From assembly GCA_023245035.1 (NCBI GenBank), contig JAHFLD010000001.1, positions 719-64,718 of the forward strand: a stretch of DNA of 64,000 nucleotides, written 5' to 3'. Below the pieces are notes generated by a model. The model was not told where the DNA came from. It saw only the letters and a program-made list of their open reading frames with translations, and did not search any database. Below, piece by piece: positions 8,279 through 18,370 of the stretch. The stretch comes from Candidatus Harrisonbacteria bacterium. Its GTDB lineage: Bacteria; Patescibacteriota; Minisyncoccia; UBA6257; 1-14-0-10-40-38. The position numbers and the translations under genes were made by a program. The stretch's first letter is position 1. Each line of letters begins with the position of its first letter.

Positions 8279-10762
8279 TTAGCCACAACGGGAGAAGCCG
8301 CATTGGCGGCAACTCATACACCCCTCCCCCAAAGTTAATTGCGCTCCGCAATCCGGACACCCGGGCATGGCTCCAAAATCAGCAATCTGTTTGCGCTCCG
8401 CGCCGGCATAATGCGCTATAAGCTCCTCCTTAAGCGAAGAACCCACGGTCACCAACTCTCCGGCACCCTCGGCAAAATCAGCCGAAACCGGCACCTTGCT
8501 TCGCGCATGATCCTCCAAAATCTGCCCGATCGCGTCCGAGAGCGAAAGCACCGTGCCCTTGTTGGTCAAAACCGGCATCGGCCCGCGAATACCTTTCAAA
8601 TCTTTAATAATCTCGCCCGCCTTAATTCCGGATCGCAACGCCAAAGAAATCAATCGGCAAATACCCTCGCTCACCTCCTGATAAAATCCGCCGCTCTTGC
8701 CGATGGTGGCAAAGACCTCAAATGGCGCTCCGGCATCATCGTCATTGACGGTTACATATAAGTTGCCATAGCCGGTTTTAATTCGATACGTCTTGCCGCT
8801 CATCACCTCCGGCCGCAAGCGGGGATTGAGCTTGCCCTCGTCGGTCACAATCGTAGCTACCGGCTTTTCCACCACAGTCACCGGTTTGACCTCGCCCTTT
8901 TGCGCCGGCCCTTGGTTTGGCGCCAAAATATTTTCTCCAGTGCCAAGATTTAAGATCTGTACTTCTCGACTGCCGTCGCGATAAAAAGTCATTCCTTTGC
9001 ACTTCAATCTCCACGCCAGAACATAGCCAGCCGCAACCTCTTCGCGAGTCGCCGAATTGGGAAAGTTGATTGTTTTGGAGATTGAATTGTCTACGTGTTT
9101 CTGAAAAGCCGCCTGCATCTTTATGTGATCCTCGGCTGAAATGTCCATTGAAACTACAAAAGTACTTCGCAAATCTTGGGGAAGATCGGTCAATCTTTGA
9201 ATGGAGCCTGTTTTGACCAACTCATCCATAATGCCGCTTTTCTTCAGATCAATGCCTCGCTTTTTTAACGCCTCGGCAAAGATCGGATTCAGATACTGAT
9301 ATTGCTGGCCATCCTTGTCTTGCTTGGTAAAAAACAAAGCAAAATTTGGCTCAATTCCGGAACTGCAATCGGTAAACATCGAAATTGATCCGGTTGGCGC
9401 CACCGTAGTCAAAGCCGCATTTCGCATTTTGATTTTTTTCTTACCCCAAACACTATCCTTCCACAAAGAAAAAACCCCTTTTTCTTTGGCTAATTTAACA
9501 CTCATGGCATGCGCCTCCTTATTAACAAAGGCCATCACCTTCTCTCCCCAGGCGCGCCCCGCGTCAGAATTATATTGAACGCCCAACCTGAACAACATAT
9601 CGGCAAAGCCCATAATTCCCAAACCAATCCGCCGCGTGCCTCGAGCCCGCTCCGTGACTTTTTCCACCGGGTGGGCATATAAATCAATCACATTATCGTG
9701 CAATCTCGTTGCTATGTGGACCACCTGCCTCAAACGATTCCAGTTCATCTTCCCCTCATTCACAAAAGCCGAAAGGTTGATTGATCCTAAATTGCAAACA
9801 TCGTAGTGGTGCAAAAACTGCTCTCCGCAAGGATTGGTGGAATCAATTTCGCCAAGTTGGGGCAGGGGATTGGTGCGATTAGCTTCGTCCAAATTAACCA
9901 CCCCCGGCTCACCGTTAGCCCACGCTCCCTCAACTAATCGATCAAACAATTCCTTGGCGGTAATATCCAACTCTTCAAAACCAACCACCGCCCCGTTGCC
10001 AGTGCGCAAAGTCCGGTGCGGTTTTATTTTCTTTCCATTCCAAGTCGCCAGCCACGGTTCGTTTGGTTTTTCGGTAACCGCCTTCATGAATTCATCCGTA
10101 ATCCCAACCGAAACATTGAAGTTCTTGATATCGCCCTCGCGCTTCTTACATTCAATGAAATCAATAATATCCGGATGATGCACCGGCATAATCGCCATAT
10201 TGGCGCCATGCCTACCCTGCTGTTTGATAATGCCAAACGCGTTGTTGTAAATTTTCAAAAATTCAATCGGCCCCGAAGACATGCCATTGGTTCGCTTAGT
10301 CGGACTTCCCGCCGGCCGCAAATGGCCAAAAGAAAAACCCAAACCGGATCCCGCCTGCTGAAGCAAAGCCGCTTCTTTTAAAGTCTGAAAAATCTCATCC
10401 ATCGAGTCCATCACCGGTAATACAATACAGCTCGCGACAATCGGAGTTCCGTTGCCAACATTGGTCAAGGTTCGTCCCGCCGGGGTGTGCTCCTTATTGG
10501 TCATTATGGAAAAGAAATCGGCCTCAATTTTTTTCGCCTCTTGATCGCTCTTGCCATATTTTTCTTTTTCGATTTCCGCCAACCCGCGCGCCACGCGGCG
10601 AAACATCTCTGCCGGAGTCTCTTGCGTTCCATCGGAGCGTTTGGCCAGATAACGCTTCTTCATCATGCGCAAAGCATTTTCGGAAAACGAATCATTGATT
10701 TTTTTATCAATCGCCTTAACGGAAAGAGCGGTCGCCTGTTTGGCGGTAGTTTTTTTGGACAT
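8279..10762 (-). CDS. nrdJ: Class II (adenosylcobalamin-dependent) ribonucleoside reductase.
   Basis: 827 aa. N-terminal (K)RYL...ETPxEMFxRVA motif, internal NPCGEQ-type active-site region, and a C-terminal CxxC...CxxC zinc ribbon, all typical of monomeric NrdJ. No glycyl-radical motif. Confidence 0.8.
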   Translation of the reverse strand: MSKKTTAKQATALSVKAIDKKINDSFSENALRMMKKRYLAKRSDGTQETPAEMFRRVARGLAEIEKEKYGKSDQEAKKIEADFFSIMTNKEHTPAGRTLTNVGNGTPIVASCIVLPVMDSMDEIFQTLKEAALLQQAGSGLGFSFGHLRPAGSPTKRTNGMSSGPIEFLKIYNNAFGIIKQQGRHGANMAIMPVHHPDIIDFIECKKREGDIKNFNVSVGITDEFMKAVTEKPNEPWLATWNGKKIKPHRTLRTGNGAVVGFEELDITAKELFDRLVEGAWANGEPGVVNLDEANRTNPLPQLGEIDSTNPCGEQFLHHYDVCNLGSINLSAFVNEGKMNWNRLRQVVHIATRLHDNVIDLYAHPVEKVTERARGTRRIGLGIMGFADMLFRLGVQYNSDAGRAWGEKVMAFVNKEAHAMSVKLAKEKGVFSLWKDSVWGKKKIKMRNAALTTVAPTGSISMFTDCSSGIEPNFALFFTKQDKDGQQYQYLNPIFAEALKKRGIDLKKSGIMDELVKTGSIQRLTDLPQDLRSTFVVSMDISAEDHIKMQAAFQKHVDNSISKTINFPNSATREEVAAGYVLAWRLKCKGMTFYRDGSREVQILNLGTGENILAPNQGPAQKGEVKPVTVVEKPVATIVTDEGKLNPRLRPEVMSGKTYRIKTGYGNLYVTVNDDDAGAPFEVFATIGKSGGFYQEVSEGICRLISLALRSGIKAGEIIKDLKGIRGPMPVLTNKGTVLSLSDAIGQILEDHARSKVPVSADFAEGAGELVTVGSSLKEELIAHYAGAERKQIADFGAMPGCPDCGAQLTLGEGCMSCRQCGFSRCG

Positions 10763-11010
10763 AAAACTCGGAAATTTGATGAATAATTTATTGGTTAATT
10801 CTTTGGCTATTATACCCCCACCGCCGACTCTAGAGAAATGTGCATAAGAGGTGGATAACGTAAAAATGAAATATGCAAAAATGAGAATCCACCCAAGTCA
10901 AAGCCAGATCTCAAAAAACCCCATAAAAGTCTAAAAACTCTTGAGAAAAACCAAAAAATATTGCTTTTTGTGGCCTTTCGCCATAAAGTAAATGCAGTTT
11001 TTGCAAAAAA

Positions 11011-11085
11011 GCCGCGGTAGCTCAGTGGTAGAGCGCAGCCCTGAAGAGGCTGGCGTCGGGGGTTCGATTCCCTCCCGCGGCACCA
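11011..11085 (+). tRNA. trnF: tRNA-Phe (anticodon GAA), CCA encoded.
   Basis: Acceptor GCCGCGG/CCGCGGC, D-arm GCTC-AGTGGTA-GAGC, anticodon stem CAGCC/GGCTG with loop CTGAAGA, T-arm GGGGG-TTCGATT-CCCTC, then A-CCA. Confidence 0.92.
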
Positions 11086-11094
11086 CGAAAAAAA

Positions 11095-11122
11095 AGAGCC
11101 CTCTTTGCGGGTGGCTCTTTTT
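11095..11122 (+). terminator. Rho-independent terminator after tRNA-Phe.
   Basis: AGAGCC-loop-GGCTCT followed by TTTTT, with an A-tract upstream so it could act bidirectionally. Confidence 0.6.
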
Positions 11123-11292
11123 CTATGCAAAAGGGAATCGAACAAGGGGTGGGTCGGGGGGAATCGATTGCACCCCCTCCAGCCCGAGCTCTTGACGGCA
11201 AACATTTATTGTTCTAGAGTAAAGGCGGTAACTTAGTAGTTTTAGCTTTGTAGGATTAGCTCGTTTACAACCAAAGAAAGCGAAGGTAGCAA

Positions 11293-11778
11293 ATGCAAAT
11301 CGTGCTCGCCGTTCTCTACATACTGGCTGGTATCCTGCTGGCGATTCCGTACTGTCTCCTAGCCGGATGGAACACGGAGAACCTTCCAACGGTGGCCTTC
11401 GTGGCTCCCGCGTTCCTGTTCATCTGGTTCATGACGGCGATCTTCGCAGGCGTTGTCGAGGCCGGTCATCGCCGGCGGAGGATTCACTTCAACTGGCATG
11501 CCGCCTTCGGCAAGAGTGACCGTCGAATGCTACCGGAGTCTCTGCCCTTCTTCTGGGCATGGACTCTATACAGTCTCCTGCCGATCATTCTCCACTGGAG
11601 CGCAGTGCTCCTGGGAAAGACCGGTTACGAAACGGTCGCCTCGCTCATCGACACATATCGGTATGTAAGTCCGTTCTACGTCTTCATGGCAACTCTCATG
11701 CTAATCACCCTCATCGGGATGATGGCCAGCGCATTGGACACAGCGAAGAAATGGTGGACGCGCATCGTGCATCGCTAG
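11293..11778 (+). CDS. Hypothetical integral membrane protein (about 4 transmembrane helices).
   Basis: 161-aa ORF with four hydrophobic segments. Sits in a somewhat GC-richer segment downstream of tRNA-Phe. Confidence 0.4.
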   Translation: MQIVLAVLYILAGILLAIPYCLLAGWNTENLPTVAFVAPAFLFIWFMTAIFAGVVEAGHRRRRIHFNWHAAFGKSDRRMLPESLPFFWAWTLYSLLPIILHWSAVLLGKTGYETVASLIDTYRYVSPFYVFMATLMLITLIGMMASALDTAKKWWTRIVHR

Positions 11779-11999
11779 AAGCAAATGAAATTCTACCGCC
11801 ATCTTGGCTCCCCACGAGCAATCGTGAGCGGAGCCATTTTTTTGCTTTTTTCTAAAAAAATTAAGAAACTAGAAACCATAACGTTGCTGATTTTTTGTTT
11901 AACTTGACGAACATCTATTTATATCCTAGGGTATAAATAGAATAATTGAGCTAAAGTGGCTCAAAAACAGTACATTCCCAACAAAAAGGAGATGAGATA

Positions 12000-12524
12000 G
12001 TGGAAGAGAAAGCGAAACCTGGGGTCATACCTACTACCGACAAACTAGTCAGCCCCTCGGGGGGTACACCGCGCGTGATTGATCCGAGTCACCCCGTGGA
12101 CTATTCGAAGCAAGAGGTTCCGCCCAACTACAAGTGCAGCAAGTGTGGCGCGACTGGTTGCAAGCTCTGGCGTGACTACCAGACACTCCTCAACAATCAG
12201 TCGCTAGTGTGTCTGACTTGCGCTTTCCGCGAGCAGAAAAAGGTTCTAACACCCACGGAAGATGGTCGCTCGCTCTACACGGACAAGGTTCATTACTTGT
12301 ATCGGACTGCGACCACACCGCCCGACCACTGGCATGGCTACGACCCAAAAAAGGGTCCGCCATCGGACGCAATCGAGACGCGGACCGAGCGCGAGAGAAC
12401 AGAAGATATCGGCTGGCGCGTGCCTGCTGTCCCAACCGAGGAGAACGACAACTATTGGGGATGCACCTCGGTCCCGCAAGCGGGTTGGGACTGGTGGGTT
12501 AGGCTGCCTACGATCCCTTCCTAG
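12000..12524 (+). CDS. Hypothetical Cys-rich protein with a GTG start.
   Basis: AAGGAG RBS 9 nt upstream of GTG. Contains CSKCGATGC and CLTC motifs suggesting a zinc ribbon. Followed by a strong terminator. Confidence 0.45.
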   Translation: MEEKAKPGVIPTTDKLVSPSGGTPRVIDPSHPVDYSKQEVPPNYKCSKCGATGCKLWRDYQTLLNNQSLVCLTCAFREQKKVLTPTEDGRSLYTDKVHYLYRTATTPPDHWHGYDPKKGPPSDAIETRTERERTEDIGWRVPAVPTEENDNYWGCTSVPQAGWDWWVRLPTIPS

Positions 12525-12557
12525 TCGTCATCGCGACCTTCTCCCCAAGCTTACCAC

Positions 12558-12599
12558 GAGCCCCTTGCGAAACACGTTTTCGCCCGGGGCTCTTTTTTT
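12558..12599 (+). terminator. Rho-independent terminator.
   Basis: GAGCCCC-loop-GGGGCTC followed by TTTTTTT. Confidence 0.7.
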
Positions 12600-12713
12600 A
12601 TAAAATCAAAACCTCTGGTCTATCCCTCCTTAATAATTCAGCAAAACCTCGTTTGACTTCAAATAATACGAGGAACACAATAAAAGATAATCAAAAGCAA
12701 AACTATCAAAACC

Positions 12714-13934
12714 ATGAAAAACAAACTTTTTATAAACCTACTCATCGGCATTTTAAGCTTCGCCGCCCTCTCGACGAGCCAAAACACCAACGCTCTTTCA
12801 TCAACCCTAGGAACAATTCTGTTTCCACCTGGCCAACCGAACACAACCGCCTTTCGAGTGGATCTCGATAGCGACGCCGACGCGGTTATCACCGTTGAAC
12901 AAACCACCGGAGACACCGCCGTCTGGCTCTACGACGCAAACGGGAGGGGACTAAGAAAAATTGGCGTAACCCTGGTGGCTTTGGATGTTAATGAGCAAAT
13001 GCCCTTGGTAACTTTCACGCAATATCTTCATACCGGATCAATTTTTTCACCGAATCAAGTCGCCACCTCAACCACACCCGGTGTCATGGAGGGTACGGTA
13101 ACTATCGACGGCATTCCAACTGTGGTCTCAATAGACGGAAACACTACTCCGTCGCAAGTCACCGTTAACTTTCCGCCTTCTTCCGGCATCAATCCGCTCT
13201 CGTCTCCGGTTTATCCCCAAACCAACTACGCGCCATTTGTAATCGGCAACACTCTTTACGCGGTAGAACCAACGGCCGGCTCGTTTATGGTTCACAAGTG
13301 GTTTAGATACACGGACGGCTTCACGACCGGAATCTATTCCGTACCCTCGGCCATAAGCAACGTCGCAAATCCAGTCATCAGCGAAGTTCAGATAACCGGA
13401 GGAACAGGCAACACCAACAACGACTTTATTGAACTCTACAATCCCATGAGCGCACCCTTTGATCTGGCCGGCTATCGCCTAATCAAAAGAACCGCCTCTA
13501 CCACCAACGACACCACGATCAAATCTTGGAATACCACCACTACACCACACACAATTCCGCCCCACGGCTTTTACCTCTGGGCCAATAGCGCTTACAGCTC
13601 AATTCCCACTCCGGCCGACACGAGTACCAGCATCTCCATAGCCGATAACAACAGCATCGCGCTTCGCCTCGGGGACGAAAACACCGGAACCATTATCGAC
13701 GCCGTTTCCTGGGGCACGGTAAATAACGGCCTCGGCGAAGGATCATCGCTTCCGGGCAATCTTGGCGCCAATCAAAGCTACGAACGCAAAGTCTGGCAGG
13801 GAATTGCTTGTTTCTCCGCCAACGGCATCGCCGAATATTTAGGGAATGGCTGTGACACTGGCAACAACGCGAGCGACTTTAACCTGCGGGGCACCGCCAA
13901 TCCACAAAACAGCTCAAGCCCGCTAGAACCCTAA
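12714..13934 (+). CDS. Secreted protein with a C-terminal lamin-tail-like (LTD) domain.
   Basis: Signal peptide (MKNKLFINLLIGILSFAALS). C-terminal half has an LTD-like pattern (ISEVQITGG...NDFIELYNP...DLAGYRL...FYLW...IALR...DAVSWG). Confidence 0.55.
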   Translation: MKNKLFINLLIGILSFAALSTSQNTNALSSTLGTILFPPGQPNTTAFRVDLDSDADAVITVEQTTGDTAVWLYDANGRGLRKIGVTLVALDVNEQMPLVTFTQYLHTGSIFSPNQVATSTTPGVMEGTVTIDGIPTVVSIDGNTTPSQVTVNFPPSSGINPLSSPVYPQTNYAPFVIGNTLYAVEPTAGSFMVHKWFRYTDGFTTGIYSVPSAISNVANPVISEVQITGGTGNTNNDFIELYNPMSAPFDLAGYRLIKRTASTTNDTTIKSWNTTTTPHTIPPHGFYLWANSAYSSIPTPADTSTSISIADNNSIALRLGDENTGTIIDAVSWGTVNNGLGEGSSLPGNLGANQSYERKVWQGIACFSANGIAEYLGNGCDTGNNASDFNLRGTANPQNSSSPLEP

Positions 13935-14041
13935 AAAGAACCATCCATTGACACAAACTAACTAAAGCTTTAGTATTTAAACTCCTTTTTCGGAGTGTTC
14001 TGTAAAAGGAAAACAGCACCTTTACCGGGGAGAAAGTAACC

Positions 14042-14257
14042 GTGCTCAACCAAAAGCGAGTCCTCTTCATGCTCTTGGGCGGGTTTTTGTTGTTCTTGGT
14101 AGCTTTTGTCATCAAGGCCATGGAAGCCTACACACCGGGCAGTCAGAGCAACGCCTCCGTCTGGATGCGCGTCTTCGGCACCTGCGCCGCCGTTCTCGCT
14201 GGTTCGGTTATCTACGCCACGCTCCGCGAAGACCAGCGGCAGCAAAACGGCGCCTAG
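14042..14257 (+). CDS. Small hypothetical membrane protein (GTG start).
   Basis: 71-aa ORF with two hydrophobic segments; no other support. Confidence 0.25.
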   Translation: MLNQKRVLFMLLGGFLLFLVAFVIKAMEAYTPGSQSNASVWMRVFGTCAAVLAGSVIYATLREDQRQQNGA

Positions 14258-14598
14258 AACAAAACCGTCGAATCCTGGATTAAAACCAGGAAGCTCTCTC
14301 AACCCCGTCTTAATAGACGGGGTATTTTTTACCAAAAAAATCTAATATGATATAATCACCAACATGAACAAATCCATGACGCCACGCCTCGAAGCTCTCT
14401 TCGGCCTCCTGATTGCCGTGCTCGTTGTTCTCATCTTCCGACTCAACATTATTACCGGAAAGTTGCACGCCAACATTCAACAGCTAAGCGCCGCGGCAGT
14501 AAATCTTAGGTAGAAGCAAAAAACTAGCAACCCTGCTCTAGCCCGTGATTGGTTGTGTTTTTGAGGACGCCTGTTATTATGGAGACGCGAAGAATTAT

Positions 14599-14671
14599 GG
14601 TGCCTATGGTGTAGTGGTTAGCACAACGGTCTGTGGCACCGTTAGCACCGGTTCAAATCCGGTTAGGCACC
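14599..14671 (+). tRNA. trnH: tRNA-His (anticodon GTG) with an encoded G-1.
   Basis: G-1 followed by acceptor GTGCCTA/TAGGCAC, anticodon stem ACGGT/ACCGT with loop CTGTGGC, T-arm ACCGG-TTCAAAT-CCGGT, discriminator C. Confidence 0.9.
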
Positions 14672-14745
14672 CAAGTTATTGTCTGCAGATAAAAAGGATT
14701 TAAAAAAAGTAGCACTCCAATCCAAGACACAGGAATTTCCCTTAA

Positions 14746-14776
14746 TACAAAAACCGCCCTTGTCGGGCGGTTTTTG
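14746..14776. terminator. Bidirectional rho-independent terminator shared by tRNA-His (+) and the convergent minus-strand gene.
   Basis: AAAAA-CCGCCC-ttgtc-GGGCGG-TTTTT. Confidence 0.7.
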
Positions 14777-14787
14777 TATGCAACTCT

Positions 14788-16092
14788 CTACTGCGGAATA
14801 TCCTCTCGAACATTGGGACAACCGGGATTGGTCGGGCAAACAGGATTCGTTGAGCAAGCCGGCGGTAGTGGGCAACCCGGCGGTATGGGAACGGGTAGGG
14901 TATTGGTAACTGTAGATGAAACCGGCCCGCAAGTATCGGTTCCAAAAGAATTGGTGCAAGTCAGACTAAAGGTATGCGTGCCGGAAGTAAAAGGGCCATA
15001 AGCCTCCGATCCGGTAATTGGCTTGGTTCCGGCAATAGACCAACCATTTCCAGAAGCGACGCAAGCTGGAGTTGGATTGCCCTGCGCCGACCAAGTAACA
15101 GCACCCGAAAGTGGCGCTGGACCGCTCTGCGAAGAAATATTGATTGAGCAAGTTGGCGGAGTATCCGCTGGCGGTGGCGGAGTCACCGTAACCGTAGTCG
15201 CGCAAGGCAAACCAACCACATTTCCGGAGATGGTTCTTGTGCACAAAAGCGAATAATTTCTAGTGGAACCAACCGGACCCAAAACTTCGCTTCCGCCACT
15301 AACCGCCTTACTACCCGTCCAATCTCCAGCAGCAACGCACGACTCCGGATTGTTGGTCGTCGTCCAGTTAAGCGTTACCGGAAATGCCGGTGGTGCCTGA
15401 CCAACGTTAGGCGCCGCTGTAAGAGAACAAGTCGGCGTCAAGCTCACCGCCGCCACATTTCCAGCAAAATGAATCCAACCGAAATCTCCAGAATATACAA
15501 ATCCGTTCACCAAACCGGGATTCGCCAAATCAGCGGCCACTCCATAAGTCTGACCGCCAGTAGTCACGCCGGAAAACTTAACCCAGCCATCATACCCGCC
15601 GTAATTATTCGGGGCATTCGCCGGACCAATCGAAACCGGCGCGTTATTAAAAGCATTATCCGGAATATTCTCAAAAGCCATAAAACGAGCCCAACCAGTC
15701 AAGGCCAAACCCTCGCGGGCAACTGCGTGGTTTGGAGCGGCCGGATAAGGACCGGCCGGTTGAAAATCAAGCCAGCCCAAGTTGCTTGACCATGCATGGC
15801 CAATAACCGGACCGTCTCCGGCTAGCGGAATCGTAATTCCATATGAAGGACCGTTTAAACTAATCCAACCCACCCCGGTAGAAAAAGCGGGGTTGTCCAA
15901 CGGAGTAGAGTTGGGCGGACTTTCAGGCCAAGGAATAGGTGGGCTAGCAGCAAATAAAGACTCATCGGTTGTCGCACCCCACATCCAACCAGCAACATTG
16001 CCGTTAGCGCTTAATTGAGCGGACGCCACCAATGCTCCGCCAAAAAAACAAACTCCGACCAAAAACATTAAAAACCAAGAGGGAAGGCGCAT
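14788..16092 (-). CDS. Secreted or cell-surface protein with five GW(I/L/A/V)xF repeats and a Cys/Pro-rich C-terminus.
   Basis: Signal peptide (MRLPSWFLMFLVGVCFFGGALVASA). Repeats GWISL, GWLDF, GWARF, GWVKF, GWIHF. Tail PVPIPPGCPLPPACSTNPVCPTNPGCP. Confidence 0.5.
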   Translation of the reverse strand: MRLPSWFLMFLVGVCFFGGALVASAQLSANGNVAGWMWGATTDESLFAASPPIPWPESPPNSTPLDNPAFSTGVGWISLNGPSYGITIPLAGDGPVIGHAWSSNLGWLDFQPAGPYPAAPNHAVAREGLALTGWARFMAFENIPDNAFNNAPVSIGPANAPNNYGGYDGWVKFSGVTTGGQTYGVAADLANPGLVNGFVYSGDFGWIHFAGNVAAVSLTPTCSLTAAPNVGQAPPAFPVTLNWTTTNNPESCVAAGDWTGSKAVSGGSEVLGPVGSTRNYSLLCTRTISGNVVGLPCATTVTVTPPPPADTPPTCSINISSQSGPAPLSGAVTWSAQGNPTPACVASGNGWSIAGTKPITGSEAYGPFTSGTHTFSLTCTNSFGTDTCGPVSSTVTNTLPVPIPPGCPLPPACSTNPVCPTNPGCPNVREDIPQ

Positions 16093-16226
16093 ATCAAGAT
16101 GACCTCATTCTACCCCGAGAGGCGCGATAAGAGAACTAGCCAATGTGCATAAGTCAAAAAAACCAAACCCACCGCCGTAACAAAACCCAGCACAAACAAG
16201 AAGACAGCAAAGGCGTAAAGTCCAAA

Positions 16227-18350
16227 TTATTCAAAATGCACTCTAGCCTCAAACAACGCCAAACGATCGCGAAGTTCTGGATGTTGGGCCAGCTCCGGAT
16301 CTTTTTCCAAAACCAAGAAAGCCTCTTTTTTACTCTCGCCGACCAGCTCCAAATTCGCTAGTGCCCGCATCGCATAATCAGGAAATCCCGTTTGCTGATC
16401 GCCCAAAAACTCTCCGGGGCCCCGAAGTTCCAAGTCCATCTCCGCCAACTCAAAGCCATTCTTGGCCCGCACCAAGGCCTGCAAACGACCTCGCGCGGAA
16501 GCCGATTTTGATTCGGTGAACAACAAACAATACGATTGGTGTTCGCCTCGACCGATTCGTCCGCGAAACTGATACAATTGCGCCAGACCAAAAAAATCGG
16601 CGCCCTCAATAATCATCACGCTGGCGTTTGGCACGTTGACTCCGACCTCCACCACCGAAGTAGCCACCAAAACCGAAATCGCCCCGATTGAAAAATCCGC
16701 CATAATCCGCTTTTTTTCCTTGGCCGGAAGCTGTCCGTGAAGCATCGCCACCGAAAAATCGGGAAAGATCTCGCGCGATAACCGCTCATATTCGGCAGTT
16801 ACGGTTTTAACCTCAATCTTTGAAGCCAGCAGAGAAGAATCAGTAACTTCGGCCTCCTTAATTCGCGGACAGATCACAAAAACTTGCCGCCCGCGGCGCA
16901 ACTCCTCCCGAATAAATTCATAGGCCTTGCCTCGGCGATTCGGATCCACAACCTTGGTAATTATCGCCTTACGCCCCTGGGGCAGCTCCCGCAGAGTTGA
17001 AATGTCCAGATCGCCAAAAACAGTCAGCGACAAAGTACGTGGAATCGGCGTAGCGGTCATGGAGAGAAAGTGCGGCACAAAATTCTGGCCTCGCAAAAGC
17101 GACGCTCGCTGACGCACACCAAAGCGGTGTTGCTCGTCCACCACCACCAACGCCAATCGCTTAAAAACCAAATCATCTTGGAGCAAGGCATGAGTGCCCA
17201 CCACGATATCCAGCTCTCCCTTGGCTCCGTCCCGCTTAACACTGTGCTTTTCGGCCAAAGCATGCGAACCGACAAGCAAGCCGATCCTCGGACGGACGGA
17301 AAAACCTGGACCGCTAAAAATCCTGGTCAAAGTTTCATGGTGCTGGCGCGCCAAAATTTCCGTCGGCGCCAAAAAAACCGTTTGAGCTCCGCTGCGAAAT
17401 GCCGTCCAGGCAGCCAAAGCCGCGATAACCGTCTTACCCGAACCAACATCGCCCTGCAACAAGCGATGCATTGGAAAAGACCGGCCAATATCTCTTAAAA
17501 TTTCATCCAAACAATCTTTTTGGCCCGCGGTCAGGCTAAACGGCAAGGCCGAAATAAATTCAGCCCGCCACTCTGGCTTAATCGGAAGCGCCAAAGCCTT
17601 CTCGCGCACCACTATGAGTCGCTGTTTAAAATTCATTATCTGAATCAGAAAAAGATCTTCAAACGCGAACCGTTTTTCGGCACGGCGCGCCTCTTCGAGC
17701 GTCTTCGGAAAATGAATGGTCCGCAACGCTTCAATCAGCCGCGGCAAATTCTGTCGCGCCAAAACCTCAGCCGGAAGCGGATCCGAAATTTTATCCAAAA
17801 CAGCGAGTAACGGCTGGATTAAATAACGCAAACCGCGAGATGTCAGCCCCTTAGTCTCGGAATAAATAGGAATCAGACCGCTCGTATGCCGAGCGACATC
17901 CCCTGGTCGCACCACCTCGTAAGCCGGACTGGAAAAATAAACCCCCTCCTTGCCGTCGCTCACCTTGCCCGCCAATCTCACCGTCAAGCCAGCCCGCAAC
18001 TGATTAACTATATATGGCTGGTTAAACCAAACCACCCTTACTCCACCGGAATCATCGGCCACAATCGCTTCTATAATAGTCATGTTCCGGCGCCAGGCGC
18101 GCCGACTCGTAATTTTCTTTACCTCGCCGCAAACCGTCGCCTGTGTTTTTGGCACCAATTCGGCTATCGGCAAAATCGAGGAGAAATCATCGTACCTAAC
18201 CGGAAAATGAAAGAGCAAATCGCGTACCGTCAAAATTTGAAGTGTTCGTAAGCGCTCTAAAAAATAACTCTTCAATCCTCGGATCTTTGTGAGCTCGGTC
18301 GCTAAAGTAATCATGAGTGCCGGTCTAACCCAAACCAAACTCAATTTCAA
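16227..18350 (-). CDS. recG: ATP-dependent DNA helicase RecG.
   Basis: Wedge/OB N-terminal region, Walker A GDVGSGKT, DEQHRFGV, and superfamily-2 helicase C-terminal motifs. Confidence 0.9.
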   Translation of the reverse strand: MKLSLVWVRPALMITLATELTKIRGLKSYFLERLRTLQILTVRDLLFHFPVRYDDFSSILPIAELVPKTQATVCGEVKKITSRRAWRRNMTIIEAIVADDSGGVRVVWFNQPYIVNQLRAGLTVRLAGKVSDGKEGVYFSSPAYEVVRPGDVARHTSGLIPIYSETKGLTSRGLRYLIQPLLAVLDKISDPLPAEVLARQNLPRLIEALRTIHFPKTLEEARRAEKRFAFEDLFLIQIMNFKQRLIVVREKALALPIKPEWRAEFISALPFSLTAGQKDCLDEILRDIGRSFPMHRLLQGDVGSGKTVIAALAAWTAFRSGAQTVFLAPTEILARQHHETLTRIFSGPGFSVRPRIGLLVGSHALAEKHSVKRDGAKGELDIVVGTHALLQDDLVFKRLALVVVDEQHRFGVRQRASLLRGQNFVPHFLSMTATPIPRTLSLTVFGDLDISTLRELPQGRKAIITKVVDPNRRGKAYEFIREELRRGRQVFVICPRIKEAEVTDSSLLASKIEVKTVTAEYERLSREIFPDFSVAMLHGQLPAKEKKRIMADFSIGAISVLVATSVVEVGVNVPNASVMIIEGADFFGLAQLYQFRGRIGRGEHQSYCLLFTESKSASARGRLQALVRAKNGFELAEMDLELRGPGEFLGDQQTGFPDYAMRALANLELVGESKKEAFLVLEKDPELAQHPELRDRLALFEARVHFE

Positions 18351-18370
18351 ATCACCTCATCTTGCCAAAG

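Noticed and set aside
8339-8761. Plus-strand ORF of 140 aa and other ORFs antisense to nrdJ.
   Set aside because: They are embedded in a strongly supported gene on the other strand and have no features of their own.
10810-11205. Minus-strand ORF of 131 aa.
   Set aside because: It overlaps tRNA-Phe and its terminator and its sequence is low-complexity, so it is spurious.
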